DNA from: Abditibacterium sp.
GTDB lineage: Bacteria; Armatimonadota; Abditibacteriia; Abditibacteriales; Abditibacteriaceae
Length of the DNA: 64,000 bases
Direction: 5' to 3'
Assembly (NCBI GenBank): GCA_965246885.1
Contig: OZ251992.1
Coordinates: 2,016,001 to 2,080,000 of the forward strand
A program made the position numbers and the translations under genes. Under the pieces are notes generated by a model. That model ran no database searches and was not told the DNA's origin. It saw only the letters and a program-made list of their open reading frames with translations. This document shows, in pieces, positions 20,929 through 31,069 of the stretch. The stretch's first letter is position 1; the number at the start of each line of letters is the position of its first letter.

Positions 20929-22533
20929 CTACTTGCCGCGCGGATTGGCGGTGTTCCAATCGAGGGTGGCGTGGTATTTCGGGGTGTCGTCGTCGTTGGT
21001 TTCCATCAGGCCCCAGCTACCCCATTTGCTCCACTTGCCCACCGAGGCGAAGTTGCAAAATAGGTCGCCGCCATTGGCTTTCCATGAGTCGAAGTAGCGC
21101 GTGTAAAGGGCGCCCATGCGCGCGTCGCGGTTGATGCCGGTGAAGAGGGCTGTGATTTTGTCGTTGTTTTCGGCGCCCATCGCGCCGACGGCATGCTGTC
21201 CGCCCTCGTAGGCGACAAGTTTTAGGCCGTATTTGTCGGCGACGGCTTTCTGGCCTTTGACCCAGCCCGCTTGTTCGGGGAGCGCCGTGTTTTCCAGATA
21301 AGCGAAGGCTTGGTCGGGCGTCCAGCTTTGCACGTCTTCGGCGGCGAGTTTGGTGTTCGGGTCGTTCGCTTTGGGCACGCTAATCATGGTGAGATAGGGC
21401 GCGATGGCGAGGGCATCGGCGGATTTGCCCACGTCCTCGAAGCCCAAAATCTGCTCGGACACGTAGGGGACGGCGCTCTGCGAGCCAATGACGCGCACGA
21501 TCCGCTTGGCCGCCGCGTCGCGCCCGCCGTAAACCTCGTCGAAGATGGCGAAGATTTGCTTGGAGCGGCGCCCTGTGTAGTGCCAGCCCGCGTCCCAAGG
21601 CTTGTCGCCAATCTTGAGTGCCAAACCCTGCGTGCCCGCGTAGTGGTTCTGCTCGAATTGGCTGTTCCACACTTCGTTTGAGTACTCGATATACGCTTTA
21701 AGTCCCGGCTTGAGGCCATCGCGCAGTTGCTGCGCGAAGTGGCGCACGTAGTCGTCGTCGGCGTGCGCGGGAATGTTGAACCAGCCGTTCTGGTCTTGGG
21801 CGTTGCACAGCGCGATCATCATTTCAAGCGGCACGCCCTTGGTTGTCCACACGGCGTCGGTGAGTTTGGGGCGGTCGTCCCAGTGAGCGACGAGGGAGCC
21901 GTTGGTCATCATCCAGTCCATGAAGCGCATGGTGTTGAAGCCCCTCCAGCGCGCCAAGAAGACGGGGTTGAACGGTTGTCCCTTGTAGGTTTTCTCGCTT
22001 CCCGGCAAGAGGACGCGGATGTTGTGAATGGGGTTTTTGGGGTCAACGACTTTGAGGCGCAGGAACAGGCCGTAAGCGCCCGGCTCGAACACGATGCGGT
22101 GCGGCTCGCTGGACACGATCTTCGAGGTGCCCTGTATTTCGATTTGACCATCGCCCTCCCACAGCGCGACATAATCGCCTTGGGGTACGTGCGCGCCCAT
22201 GTCGGTGAGCATGGGCGTTTCGGCGGTGCAACCGGGTTCGAGCGCCTTCACGTTGCCGTCGGCGTCCAGCGACAGGGCCGGGCCTTGACCCCATCCGGCG
22301 CCCTCTTTTTGCGAAATCCACGCGCGGGCGAAGTGGAAGATGTCGTTGAACGGTAGTTCGGAGTTCCAATCGGCGGGGCCGTTCAGGTTCATGCCCATCA
22401 TAGAACGGGCGGGCAACGGGTTGGTCGGGGATGCGGGGACAGGCGCCGCGACGGGGCGCGGCTGCGCTTGGGCGCACGAAGCCAGAGACGCGCCAAGCGC
22501 GAGCAGGGCCAAGGAGTGACGGAGTTTCAGCAT
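20929..22533 (-). CDS. Secreted glycoside-hydrolase-like/cellulose-binding family protein
   Basis: Signal peptide (LASC/AQA), RFMDW, EYSNEVWN and YEGGQH motifs consistent with a clan GH-A-like Glu pair. Confidence 0.7.
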   Translation of the reverse strand: MLKLRHSLALLALGASLASCAQAQPRPVAAPVPASPTNPLPARSMMGMNLNGPADWNSELPFNDIFHFARAWISQKEGAGWGQGPALSLDADGNVKALEPGCTAETPMLTDMGAHVPQGDYVALWEGDGQIEIQGTSKIVSSEPHRIVFEPGAYGLFLRLKVVDPKNPIHNIRVLLPGSEKTYKGQPFNPVFLARWRGFNTMRFMDWMMTNGSLVAHWDDRPKLTDAVWTTKGVPLEMMIALCNAQDQNGWFNIPAHADDDYVRHFAQQLRDGLKPGLKAYIEYSNEVWNSQFEQNHYAGTQGLALKIGDKPWDAGWHYTGRRSKQIFAIFDEVYGGRDAAAKRIVRVIGSQSAVPYVSEQILGFEDVGKSADALAIAPYLTMISVPKANDPNTKLAAEDVQSWTPDQAFAYLENTALPEQAGWVKGQKAVADKYGLKLVAYEGGQHAVGAMGAENNDKITALFTGINRDARMGALYTRYFDSWKANGGDLFCNFASVGKWSKWGSWGLMETNDDDTPKYHATLDWNTANPRGK

Positions 22534-22617
22534 GGTTGGGAGAGAGTTGGACACGCCTTGGCGCCCTGAGTTCCAGAACTGACGGAAGAACAGGACGGGG
22601 TAAAATAGGTGTTCGCT

Positions 22618-23085
22618 ATGGTTTCTTGTAATCGCGCGGCGGCAGTGGGAATAGGCGGCTTGTCGCTCTTTTTCGCGTGGTCGGCGGCGCGTCTCTTCTA
22701 TGGCATCGCTACTGGCCACCTGAGCGAGAATGGACTGTTTGGAGTGGCGACGTGTTGCGACATCCCCCAGTCCGAGATAGTGTCCAACGCGACTTCAACC
22801 GCGATCCCTCTGGCAATTGCGGCCTACTTGGGGCGCTGGCTGGCGGTGGGAGTATGGCGGGAAAGACCTTATATGGCGCGAGGCACTTTTGTGTGGCTGG
22901 CCCTCGTCCTCGGAAGTCAAATAGGCATGGCTTCTGGTATGGTGCCGGAAGTGCAGGGCCAGCATTACGCATTGGCGTTTCTGTCTGCGATGGTGGGCGC
23001 TCTGACGTTGCCGCTCGCGTTGTCCAAACCCGTCAAGGTGCCCCCTTCCCCAGATGACGCGCCGATTGCTTCGCCGCACGGGTGA
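22618..23085 (+). CDS. Hypothetical membrane protein (about 4 TM)
   Basis: Hydrophobic ORF with TAAAAT 11 nt upstream of the ATG. Confidence 0.55.
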   Translation: MVSCNRAAAVGIGGLSLFFAWSAARLFYGIATGHLSENGLFGVATCCDIPQSEIVSNATSTAIPLAIAAYLGRWLAVGVWRERPYMARGTFVWLALVLGSQIGMASGMVPEVQGQHYALAFLSAMVGALTLPLALSKPVKVPPSPDDAPIASPHG

Positions 23086-23140
23086 GCGGGGCGGGCGGGT
23101 TCAACCGCTTCGGCGGCAAACGCGCTAAACCTTAAGGACA

Positions 23141-24238
23141 ATGACTTCCGTTCAAAGCGGCATGATGTGGCGCGGCCTCATCGAGAGCTACCGCGCCCAC
23201 TTGCCCGTTTCCGACGCCACGCCCATCGTTACGCTGTGCGAAGGCAACACGCCGCTCATCCACGCGCCGCGTTTGGCGAGGGCCATTGCGCCCGATTGCG
23301 AGCTATATCTCAAGTTCGAGGGCGCCAACCCGACTGGCAGCTTCAAAGACCGGGGCATGACGATGGCCGTTTCCAAAGCCGCCGAGGACGGCGCCAAGGT
23401 CGCCATTTGCGCTTCGACCGGCAACACCTCAGCCGCCGCCGCCGCGTATTGCGCCGTCGCGGGCATCAAGTGCGTCGTGCTTATCCCGAACAACAACATC
23501 GCGCTGGGCAAGTTAGCACAAGCAATGGTGTCGGGCGCGACCGTGTTGGCCATTGAGGGCAACTTCGACGACGGGCTGCGCATCGTCAAAGACCTGACGC
23601 GCGATTATCCCATCGCCATGCTCAACAGCCTCAACCCCTACCGTTTGGAAGGGCAGAAGACCGGCGCCTTCGAGATATGCGATTTTCTGGGATACGCGCC
23701 CGATTACCACTGCGTGCCCGTCGGCAACGCGGGCAACATCACCGCCTATTGGAAGGGCTACCGCGAGTATCACGAACAGGGCCGCATCGAATCGCTTCCG
23801 AAAATGTGCGGCTTTCAAGCGGCTGGTGCCGCTCCGCTTGTGTTGGGGCACGGCGTGGACAACCCCGAAACCGTCGCTACTGCGATTCGCATCGGCCACC
23901 CCGCGCGCGCCGTCGAAGCCATCGCCGCGCGCGACGATTCGGGCGGGCTGATTCACTCCGTCACCGACGACGAAATCCTCGCCGCCCAGCGCCAAACCGC
24001 CGCCTTGAGCGGCGTCTTTGGCGAACCCGCGTGCGCCGCGCCCCTCGCCGGGATTAAAAACCTGTCCGCGTCCGGCTACTTCCAACAGGCCCGCGAGGAA
24101 TTGGGTCGCAAGCCCGTCGTCGTCGCCGTCGTCACCGGGCACGGCCTCAAAGACCCCAACACCGCCATCCGCATTTCCGGCTCCCCCCAAGTCGTCCCCG
24201 CCAAAAACGACGCCGTGTTGCGCGCGATTGGGTTTTGA
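23141..24238 (+). CDS. thrC: Threonine synthase
   Basis: NPTGSFKDRG (PLP lysine), ASTGNTS, PVGNAGN and TGHGLKDP motifs. Confidence 0.96.
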   Translation: MTSVQSGMMWRGLIESYRAHLPVSDATPIVTLCEGNTPLIHAPRLARAIAPDCELYLKFEGANPTGSFKDRGMTMAVSKAAEDGAKVAICASTGNTSAAAAAYCAVAGIKCVVLIPNNNIALGKLAQAMVSGATVLAIEGNFDDGLRIVKDLTRDYPIAMLNSLNPYRLEGQKTGAFEICDFLGYAPDYHCVPVGNAGNITAYWKGYREYHEQGRIESLPKMCGFQAAGAAPLVLGHGVDNPETVATAIRIGHPARAVEAIAARDDSGGLIHSVTDDEILAAQRQTAALSGVFGEPACAAPLAGIKNLSASGYFQQAREELGRKPVVVAVVTGHGLKDPNTAIRISGSPQVVPAKNDAVLRAIGF

Positions 24239-24248
24239 TTGGACTCCG

Positions 24249-25091
24249 ATGCTCTCCTTCCTCTTTGTCATTCTGGTCGTGCTCCTGACGCCAATCGCGT
24301 GGCTGGCGTGGACGGGCATCTATCTCTTGACGTTGCGCTCCGCCATCGCGGGGCAACGCGACCGCTACCATGAGGTCGTGCCGTGTTCGCCGCAAGACGT
24401 GCCGGGGTTGAACCCGGTGTTGCTCGACACGGCGACGCGCGAGTTACAGGGGTTGGGATTCGAGTGGCTGGAAGACCACACATTGCGCCGCGTGGGTGAG
24501 TCGGCCAACGCGACGCCTTGGGTCGCGCCCATCGCCGCGCCTTCTACCCCACCGCCGTCGGAGAAGTTCGTGCCCCGTAGCATGGCGCGGGTGATGGTGC
24601 ATCGCGGGCACGGCTGCTTAGCGAAGATAATGAACGTCACGGTTATCAAAACGGCGGACTCCACCATCGCCAACAACTCCTTTTCGGTCGCGTTTGTTTC
24701 GTCGTGCGAGGCGGGGGACAAAGTGTGGCAATATAGCACCTCGAACCGCGCCGCCGACGCCACCAACGACGCCCTAATGATGCTCACGCGGCGCCCGCAT
24801 TACCTGTCCACGCGACTCCCCTACGCCTCGGTGCCCGAAACGCTGCGGGTGCATCTATCGCGGCGGGCGGACATCGCTCGCGCCTTGGGGCTGACATGGA
24901 AGCGCGAGCCAACGGCTGCCGACGACGCGGCATCCGAAATGCGGTCTGGCGAGAACATTCGCCGCGTCTATAGCGGGTTGACGCCGCTCTCGATGGCGTG
25001 GAAGATTTTCCGCAACAAGCAGGCGCCGCTTTCCAACCGCTTGGAGTGGCTCGGCGAGTTGGCGGGCAAACTTCCGCCGCTTGCGCCATGA
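24249..25091 (+). CDS. Hypothetical protein with N-terminal membrane anchor
   Basis: ATG 10 nt after thrC; N-terminal hydrophobic helix. Confidence 0.65.
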   Translation: MLSFLFVILVVLLTPIAWLAWTGIYLLTLRSAIAGQRDRYHEVVPCSPQDVPGLNPVLLDTATRELQGLGFEWLEDHTLRRVGESANATPWVAPIAAPSTPPPSEKFVPRSMARVMVHRGHGCLAKIMNVTVIKTADSTIANNSFSVAFVSSCEAGDKVWQYSTSNRAADATNDALMMLTRRPHYLSTRLPYASVPETLRVHLSRRADIARALGLTWKREPTAADDAASEMRSGENIRRVYSGLTPLSMAWKIFRNKQAPLSNRLEWLGELAGKLPPLAP

Positions 25092-25558
25092 CTTTCCGCT
25101 TTCTCCCTCCTTCGGCCCAAGACGAACGGGCCGCGCGGTTTTTGCTCGTTGGGACGGTGTTGGCGCTGATGGTCATTGGCGCGCTGTTGCCGCTACCGCT
25201 TGCGCGCGGGCCGTTTGGGGCGGTATTGGGCGGCGCGGGCGCGGCGCTCGCGTGGGGGTTGTGGCGGGCGCAGCACGGACTCGACGGGCAGCGCAGACGG
25301 GCGGCGCGCGGCGGGATTCGCTTGGCGCGCACGGGCGTCTTCATCGCCGACTTGCAGCCGCAAGAGCGCGACATTCCCTTCGAGACCATTGACCGCCTCG
25401 CCGTTGGCCCCGGCAAATTGGAGATATTCCACGCGGGCGGCGTCGAAACCCTCGCCACGCGCGAAATCGAGAATGCCGAACTGCTGGTCGCCGAACTCAA
25501 GCGCCGCGTCCGCTTGGGCGCGGGCGCCTCAGACTTCATCCCGCTCTCGCCGATGTAA
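25088..25558 (+). CDS. Hypothetical membrane protein (2 TM plus soluble C-terminus)
   Basis: ATGA overlap with the upstream gene. Confidence 0.6.
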   Translation: MTFRFLPPSAQDERAARFLLVGTVLALMVIGALLPLPLARGPFGAVLGGAGAALAWGLWRAQHGLDGQRRRAARGGIRLARTGVFIADLQPQERDIPFETIDRLAVGPGKLEIFHAGGVETLATREIENAELLVAELKRRVRLGAGASDFIPLSPM

Positions 25559-25884
25559 GCCGCCCTTGATATGACCACGCCGACACCGCCACCTTTGGCG
25601 ACCCAACGGCAAACTCGCTTTCTTGGAGGCGATGGTCTTGCAAGGCCAAACTTCGGTCACGACCCCCATCAAGCAACCAAGCGTCTTCCAAAAGAGCGGC
25701 TACTATCCGACGCAATACAGCATTCGCTACGACCCCATCGCCAAGGAATACACGGTCGCGCTGGAGAACCGGGAGAAGCACTGAGGGACTTTTCTAAGGA
25801 GGTTTCGCCGACATCATGAACACGTATTGAGAGTGTTTCTCTTGCCACTTCGCGCATAGGGGACAGGAGGTCAAACTTCTTGCT

Positions 25885-26823
25885 ATGAACTCCGACCTTG
25901 CGCACGCCCTGCGAGTCATGCTGCTCATTCGCCGCTTCGAGGAGAAGTTGGACGACCTGTTCTCTTCGGGTGTTATCAAAGGCACCTCGCACCTTTACGC
26001 CGGACAGGAAGCGGTCGCGGTCGGGGTGTGCGCGGCGCTACGCCCCACTGACTTGATGACTTCGACGCATCGGGGGCACGGGCACTTTCTGGCCAAGGGT
26101 GGAAGCGCGAACGCGCTCATGGCCGAACTGTGGGGGCGGGCGGACGGCCCCAGCAAAGGGCGCGGCGGCTCGCAACACGTCGCGGACTACTCCATTGGCT
26201 TCTTAGGCTCGAACGGCATCACGGCCGGGGGCCTTCCCATTGCAACCGGTGCCGCGCTCGCCGCCAAGATGAAAGGAACGGGCCAAGTCGTCGTCGCGTT
26301 CTTCGGCGAGGGAGGCGCCAATCAGGGCACCTTTCACGAGTCGCTCAACATGGCCGCCGTGTGGAAGTTGCCCGTCCTGTTCGTTTGCGAGAATAATCAG
26401 TACGCCATGTCCACGCGCTACGACGAGATTTTCGCCACCCCCACCATCGCCGCGCGCGGGGCGGGCTATGGCATCCCCGGCGAAGTCGTGGATGGGACGG
26501 ACTTCTTCGCTGTTTGTAACACCGTCGAACAACTGGCCGCCCGCGCCCGCAAGGGCGATGGCCCCGCGCTCATCGAGGCCAAGGTTTACCGCTACTATGG
26601 CCACTCCAAAAGCGACAAGTGCGACTACCGCACCCGCGAAGAAGAAGCGCAGTGGCGTGCCCAAGACCCCATCGGCAAGCTGCAAGCGCGCATGGGCCTG
26701 CCCAATGACGCTTACCGGACGGTCTTGGAAGAGGTAGACCGCGAAGTCGAGGCCGCCGTCGCGTTCGCGCGCGCTTCGCCCGAACCGGTCATCGAGGACT
26801 TGGAAAGCGCGCTGTATGCGTGA
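25885..26823 (+). CDS. TPP-dependent 2-oxoacid/acetoin dehydrogenase E1 alpha subunit
   Basis: GQEA, STHRGHGH, GEG..NQG.FHESLN, ENNQY and YRYYGHS motifs. Confidence 0.93.
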   Translation: MNSDLAHALRVMLLIRRFEEKLDDLFSSGVIKGTSHLYAGQEAVAVGVCAALRPTDLMTSTHRGHGHFLAKGGSANALMAELWGRADGPSKGRGGSQHVADYSIGFLGSNGITAGGLPIATGAALAAKMKGTGQVVVAFFGEGGANQGTFHESLNMAAVWKLPVLFVCENNQYAMSTRYDEIFATPTIAARGAGYGIPGEVVDGTDFFAVCNTVEQLAARARKGDGPALIEAKVYRYYGHSKSDKCDYRTREEEAQWRAQDPIGKLQARMGLPNDAYRTVLEEVDREVEAAVAFARASPEPVIEDLESALYA

Positions 26824-26851
26824 GAGGGCCGTCGCGCTACAATTTCCCTTC

Positions 26852-27841
26852 ATGCCGACCCGCTTTTTGCTGCCCGCGTTGTTCCTGTTGTGCCTTGGCG
26901 CGGCGCTGTTTTCGCTTGTGTGGGGGGCGCCGGTTTCTCCTTGGGAACTGCGGGCGGGGGCGCCGGAGCACGACGTGGCGCGGGCGATATTTTTGTCGCT
27001 GCGCCCGACGCGCACCCTTGCGGCGCTGTTAGTGGGCGCGAGTTTGAGCGTCGCGGGCGCGGGGTTGCAAACCCTGTTTCGCAACCCGCTCGCCGAGCCG
27101 TATCTATTGGGGATTTCGGCGGGCGGAGCGCTGGGAGCGACGCTTGCGCTTGCGCTCCATTTGCCACTTGCATTGGGCTTCGATGCGACGCTCCCGCTTG
27201 CGTGGGGCGGGGCGATTGCGGCGGGGTTTGCCGTGTTCGCGTTGGGGCGGGGCAAGGAAGCGGGCTTTGATTCGGGGGCGCGGCGGGCGCGTTTGTTGTT
27301 GGTGGGCGTGGCGCTGTCGGCGTTGTTGTCGGCGCTGATGTCGCTTGTGGTGGCGCTGTCGGGAAGCGCGGAGTTGGCGCAACAGAGCGCATTTTGGCTG
27401 TTGGGCGGTTTGTCACGGGCGAGCGCGGCGCAGAACTGGATGCTGGCGCTGTCGCTGGCGGGCGGCTTTGCGCTGCTGCGGGGCGGGGCGCGCGATTTGG
27501 ACGCGCTTCATGCGGGCGACGAGGACGCGCTCGCGCTGGGCGTGCATTACGGCGCGTTGCAAAAGCGGGTGCTGCTGGCGGCGGGTCTGCTCGCAGCCTC
27601 AAGCGTGGCCGTCGCGGGGTTGATTGGCTTTGTGGGCTTGCTGGCGCCGCATCTCGTGCGCTTACTGGGCGGGCGCCAAAACCGGACGCTGCTTCCCGGT
27701 GCAGCCTTGTGCGGGGCGGCGCTCTTGTGCGGTTGCGATGCGCTCGCGCGCGGGGCGTTTGCGCCGGTTGAAGTGCCTGTCGGCATCTTCACCGCCATCT
27801 TGGGCGTGCCGCTATTCTTAATGCTGGCGCGGCGGATGTGA
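26852..27841 (+). CDS. FecCD/BtuC family iron-siderophore or cobalamin ABC permease
   Basis: FRNPLAEPYLLG, GLIGFVGL.APH and EVPVG motifs. Confidence 0.9.
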   Translation: MPTRFLLPALFLLCLGAALFSLVWGAPVSPWELRAGAPEHDVARAIFLSLRPTRTLAALLVGASLSVAGAGLQTLFRNPLAEPYLLGISAGGALGATLALALHLPLALGFDATLPLAWGGAIAAGFAVFALGRGKEAGFDSGARRARLLLVGVALSALLSALMSLVVALSGSAELAQQSAFWLLGGLSRASAAQNWMLALSLAGGFALLRGGARDLDALHAGDEDALALGVHYGALQKRVLLAAGLLAASSVAVAGLIGFVGLLAPHLVRLLGGRQNRTLLPGAALCGAALLCGCDALARGAFAPVEVPVGIFTAILGVPLFLMLARRM

Positions 27842-27884
27842 GAGGGCGGCGCATGCTCATACTGCGCCTTCCTGCGCCATCGCT

Positions 27885-29219
27885 ATGGAACCCTTTCTTC
27901 ACCGCTCCTACTTGGGCTGGGTGCGCGACCTCGCCACGCATCCCAAGCCAACACACCCCTCGCCTGCCGACAAGTGGCCCAACGTCGCTATTGATGACGA
28001 CCTGCTGGCCGACTACGAGCAGACCTTTGCGGTGTTGCAAAAGGCGGGCTTCAACGAGATCGTGTTGTGGGGCCTGTTCACCAGCCGCAACTGGCTGCCC
28101 GATGTCGAGCACACCATTGACGAGGCGCGCGCTGGTCAGGTGCGTCACCTCATCGCGCAAGGGCACGCGCACGGACTCAAGGTGCTCTACGGTGGCGGAC
28201 TGTATTCGTGGGGCTTCGAGAACATCATCGCCGCGCACCGGGAAGTCGCGGGCGGCACCAGCGAGACGGTCATGCGCCCATTGCACCCGCTCGCGTGGGA
28301 GTTCCAACGCCGCATCTTCGACTTTGTCCTTTCCTTTCCATTCGACGGCATCTCCATGCAAAGCGGCGATCTGGGGCGCAACGACTCGCCCGAAACCGCC
28401 GTTTGGAGCGACATCCAATACCATGCCTTCCTGACCGACAAAGCCGCGCGCTACCTCAAAGCGAACTACCCCGACAAGATGCTCGCCGTGTCAGGTTGGG
28501 GTCTCAACTTCGGCGACCCCGCCGACTTGCCCTTCATCCTGCAAATGACGCGCGACCTGACATACCTCGTGGACGTGCAGGACAGCGCGGCCCCTTGGCG
28601 CCCGCAAATGATCGAAGCCATCCGCCCATGCTGTTACGGCTCGACCGGTAGCCCAAACGTCGAGCCGCCGCTTCACTGGGCGCGCGACCGGTGGTTTTTG
28701 CCAATTCTCAAGCGCATGGTCATCCAGATGCAAACCATCCACGCGCAGGGCGCGCGGGCTGTCGAAACTTACATGCGCGTCTTGGCCAACCCCGGCGAAG
28801 AAGCGGCCTTGCGCGTGGCGGGTGCCGTCGAACTCCAGCCCGACCGCGCGTGGGACGACATCACCCGCGAAGTGCTGAACGACATCTACCGTCCCAAGAC
28901 CCCACCTGCCCACGCCCGTTTGCTCGGTTTATTCGAGCGCGCCGAGGACTCTTATTACGACAACTCGGACGTGGCCCCGGCGGACATCGTGCGCGTCGAG
29001 CCGCTCGTGGGCGACCGCATCGGCCACGCCACCTACCTCGTTGACCACATGGCCGCCGCGCAACTGGCCGCCTATGGAAACGAACTGCGCGCCCTACGCG
29101 CCGAGGCCGCCGCCCTCGAACCCCTCGTCGAAAACGCCGCCCAAATGCAACTCATCGGGCGTTGCATCGAGAATTCCCTCTTGGATGTGGGGCGCGCTCA
29201 ACGCGGTTCTTCGTTCTGA
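27885..29219 (+). CDS. Hypothetical protein, possibly glycoside-hydrolase-like TIM barrel
   Basis: 444-aa ORF with native codon use; GFNEIVLWG and FDGISMQSGD resemble GH-like barrels. Confidence 0.6.
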   Translation: MEPFLHRSYLGWVRDLATHPKPTHPSPADKWPNVAIDDDLLADYEQTFAVLQKAGFNEIVLWGLFTSRNWLPDVEHTIDEARAGQVRHLIAQGHAHGLKVLYGGGLYSWGFENIIAAHREVAGGTSETVMRPLHPLAWEFQRRIFDFVLSFPFDGISMQSGDLGRNDSPETAVWSDIQYHAFLTDKAARYLKANYPDKMLAVSGWGLNFGDPADLPFILQMTRDLTYLVDVQDSAAPWRPQMIEAIRPCCYGSTGSPNVEPPLHWARDRWFLPILKRMVIQMQTIHAQGARAVETYMRVLANPGEEAALRVAGAVELQPDRAWDDITREVLNDIYRPKTPPAHARLLGLFERAEDSYYDNSDVAPADIVRVEPLVGDRIGHATYLVDHMAAAQLAAYGNELRALRAEAAALEPLVENAAQMQLIGRCIENSLLDVGRAQRGSSF

Positions 29220-29304
29220 CGCGGCGGTTGTGAAGCCAAATCCCGTCTCCCTCCCTTGCGCGGCAGGGGAAAGGGCCTTATACCCTTAGCTTGCTCTTTC
29301 GAGG

Positions 29305-29387
29305 GCCGATGTGGCGAAATGGCAGACGCACCGGACTTAAAATCCGTTGCCCGCAAGGGCGTGCCGGTTCGAGTCCGGCCATCGGTA
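29305..29387 (+). tRNA. tRNA-Leu (anticodon TAA), no encoded CCA
   Basis: Acceptor stem GCCGATG/CATCGGT, anticodon loop CTTAAAA, long variable arm, T-loop TTCGAGT. Confidence 0.96.
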
Positions 29388-29450
29388 GTGACTAATTGGG
29401 GCGCGGATACCCTCGCGGTGTTCGCGCTTCCGTGTGTTTGGGCCGCCTTT

Positions 29451-30047
29451 ATGCTTCCCCTTGTTTTGGCGTCGGCGTCGCCGCGCCGCTCGCAACTCTT
29501 GCGCGAGCTTGGCCTCGCGTTTTCGCTCGCGCCCACCCACGCTCCTGAACCCGCGCCCTCGCTTATCGACGCTGCCACCCCCGGTGCTTATGTCGAGCGG
29601 TTGGCCCGCTTGAAGGCCGAAGCGTGCGCGGAGCCGGGCCTCGTCATCGCCGCCGATACCGTCGTGGTCTTCGAGGGCGCCATCCTCAACAAGCCGCGCG
29701 ACGCCGAGGACGCCTTCGCCATGCTGTCCCGCCTACGCGGGCAAACGCACCGCGTTCTGACGGGCGTGTGCTTGCGGCAGGGCGACGACTACTGGGCCGA
29801 ACACGAGGAAACGCGCGTGACGTTTGGCGCCGTCTCGGACGAGTGGTTGCGAGCGTACATAGCGATGGGCGAGCCGCTCGACAAGGCGGGCGCCTATGGC
29901 GCGCAGGGGCGCGGCGCGCTGCTCGTGGAGCGCATCGAGGGAGACTACTTCAACGTCGTGGGGCTGCCACTTTTTCGCTTGGCGCGGATGTTGAACGAGC
30001 GCGGTTATGCCATCGAGCGGGCGTGGGAGACTGCGGGGCAATCGTGA
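29451..30047 (+). CDS. maf: Maf family nucleoside triphosphate pyrophosphatase
   Basis: LASASPRR, AADT, DKAGAYG and NVVGLP motifs. Confidence 0.93.
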   Translation: MLPLVLASASPRRSQLLRELGLAFSLAPTHAPEPAPSLIDAATPGAYVERLARLKAEACAEPGLVIAADTVVVFEGAILNKPRDAEDAFAMLSRLRGQTHRVLTGVCLRQGDDYWAEHEETRVTFGAVSDEWLRAYIAMGEPLDKAGAYGAQGRGALLVERIEGDYFNVVGLPLFRLARMLNERGYAIERAWETAGQS

Positions 30048-31045
30048 GCAAATTCTGGCAACGGTCGGGGGATGTCGGCATTGACTTGGGGACGGCGAAC
30101 ACGCTCATCGCCATGCAGGGGCGTGGCATCGTGCTCGAAGAGCCGTCCGTCGTGGCGGTAGACCGCGTGCGCGGCGCCATCTGCGCCGTCGGAACCGACG
30201 CCAAAGCGATGATGGGCCGCACCCCCGCGCACCTCACGGTCGTGCGGCCCATGCAAGACGGCGTGGTCGCCGACCTCAACGTCACGCGGCAAATGCTGGA
30301 ACACTTCGTTGGGCGCGTTTATCGGGGGCGCGGGCTGATTTCCCCGCGCGTGATGGTGGGCGTTCCGACCGGCATCACCGACGTCGAGCGCCGCGCCGTC
30401 GAAAGCGCCGCCGAAACCGCGACCGGCGCGCGCCAAGCCCACACCGTCGAAGAGCCGATGGCCGCCGCTTTGGGCGCCGGATTGCCCGTTGATGACGCCG
30501 CCGCTTCGATGATCGTGGACATCGGCGGCGGCACGACCGAGGTCGCCGTTATCTCGCTTGGCGGCATCGTGACCGCGCGCTCCATCCGCGTCGCTGGCGA
30601 CGAAATCAGCGAGGCGCTGCGCTCCTACATCCGGCACGAGCACAATATCCTCGTGGGCGACCTCACCGTCGAAAAGCTCAAAACCGACGCGGCGTCGGCG
30701 TACTCCGTTGTGCCCGATTCCAAGGTCTGGATACGCGGGCGCTCGCTCATTACTGGTCTGCCCGGTGCCATCGAAATATCGAGCGCCGAACTGCGCGCCG
30801 CCATCCGCGAACCCGTCACCGCCATCATCGAAGTGGTGCGCGCGACGCTCGAAGTCGCGCCGCCCGAACTGTGCGCCGACATTATGGAGCGCGGCCTCAC
30901 TCTCGCGGGCGGCGGCGCCCTGTTGCGCGGCTTGGCTTTGGCCATCGAGCGCTCCGTCGGCTCGCCCGTCCACGTCTGCGATTCCCCCTTGGCTGCCGTC
31001 GCGCTGGGAACTGTCCTCGCCTTGGAGCGGCAGGGAAAGGAGTAG
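30044..31045 (+). CDS. mreB: Rod shape-determining protein MreB
   Basis: GIDLGTANT, EEPMAAALG, DIGGGTT and GGGALL motifs; GTG start overlaps the maf stop. Confidence 0.95.
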   Translation: MSKFWQRSGDVGIDLGTANTLIAMQGRGIVLEEPSVVAVDRVRGAICAVGTDAKAMMGRTPAHLTVVRPMQDGVVADLNVTRQMLEHFVGRVYRGRGLISPRVMVGVPTGITDVERRAVESAAETATGARQAHTVEEPMAAALGAGLPVDDAAASMIVDIGGGTTEVAVISLGGIVTARSIRVAGDEISEALRSYIRHEHNILVGDLTVEKLKTDAASAYSVVPDSKVWIRGRSLITGLPGAIEISSAELRAAIREPVTAIIEVVRATLEVAPPELCADIMERGLTLAGGGALLRGLALAIERSVGSPVHVCDSPLAAVALGTVLALERQGKE

Positions 31046-31069
31046 GGCGCCAAACTCATTCCCGCTTCC

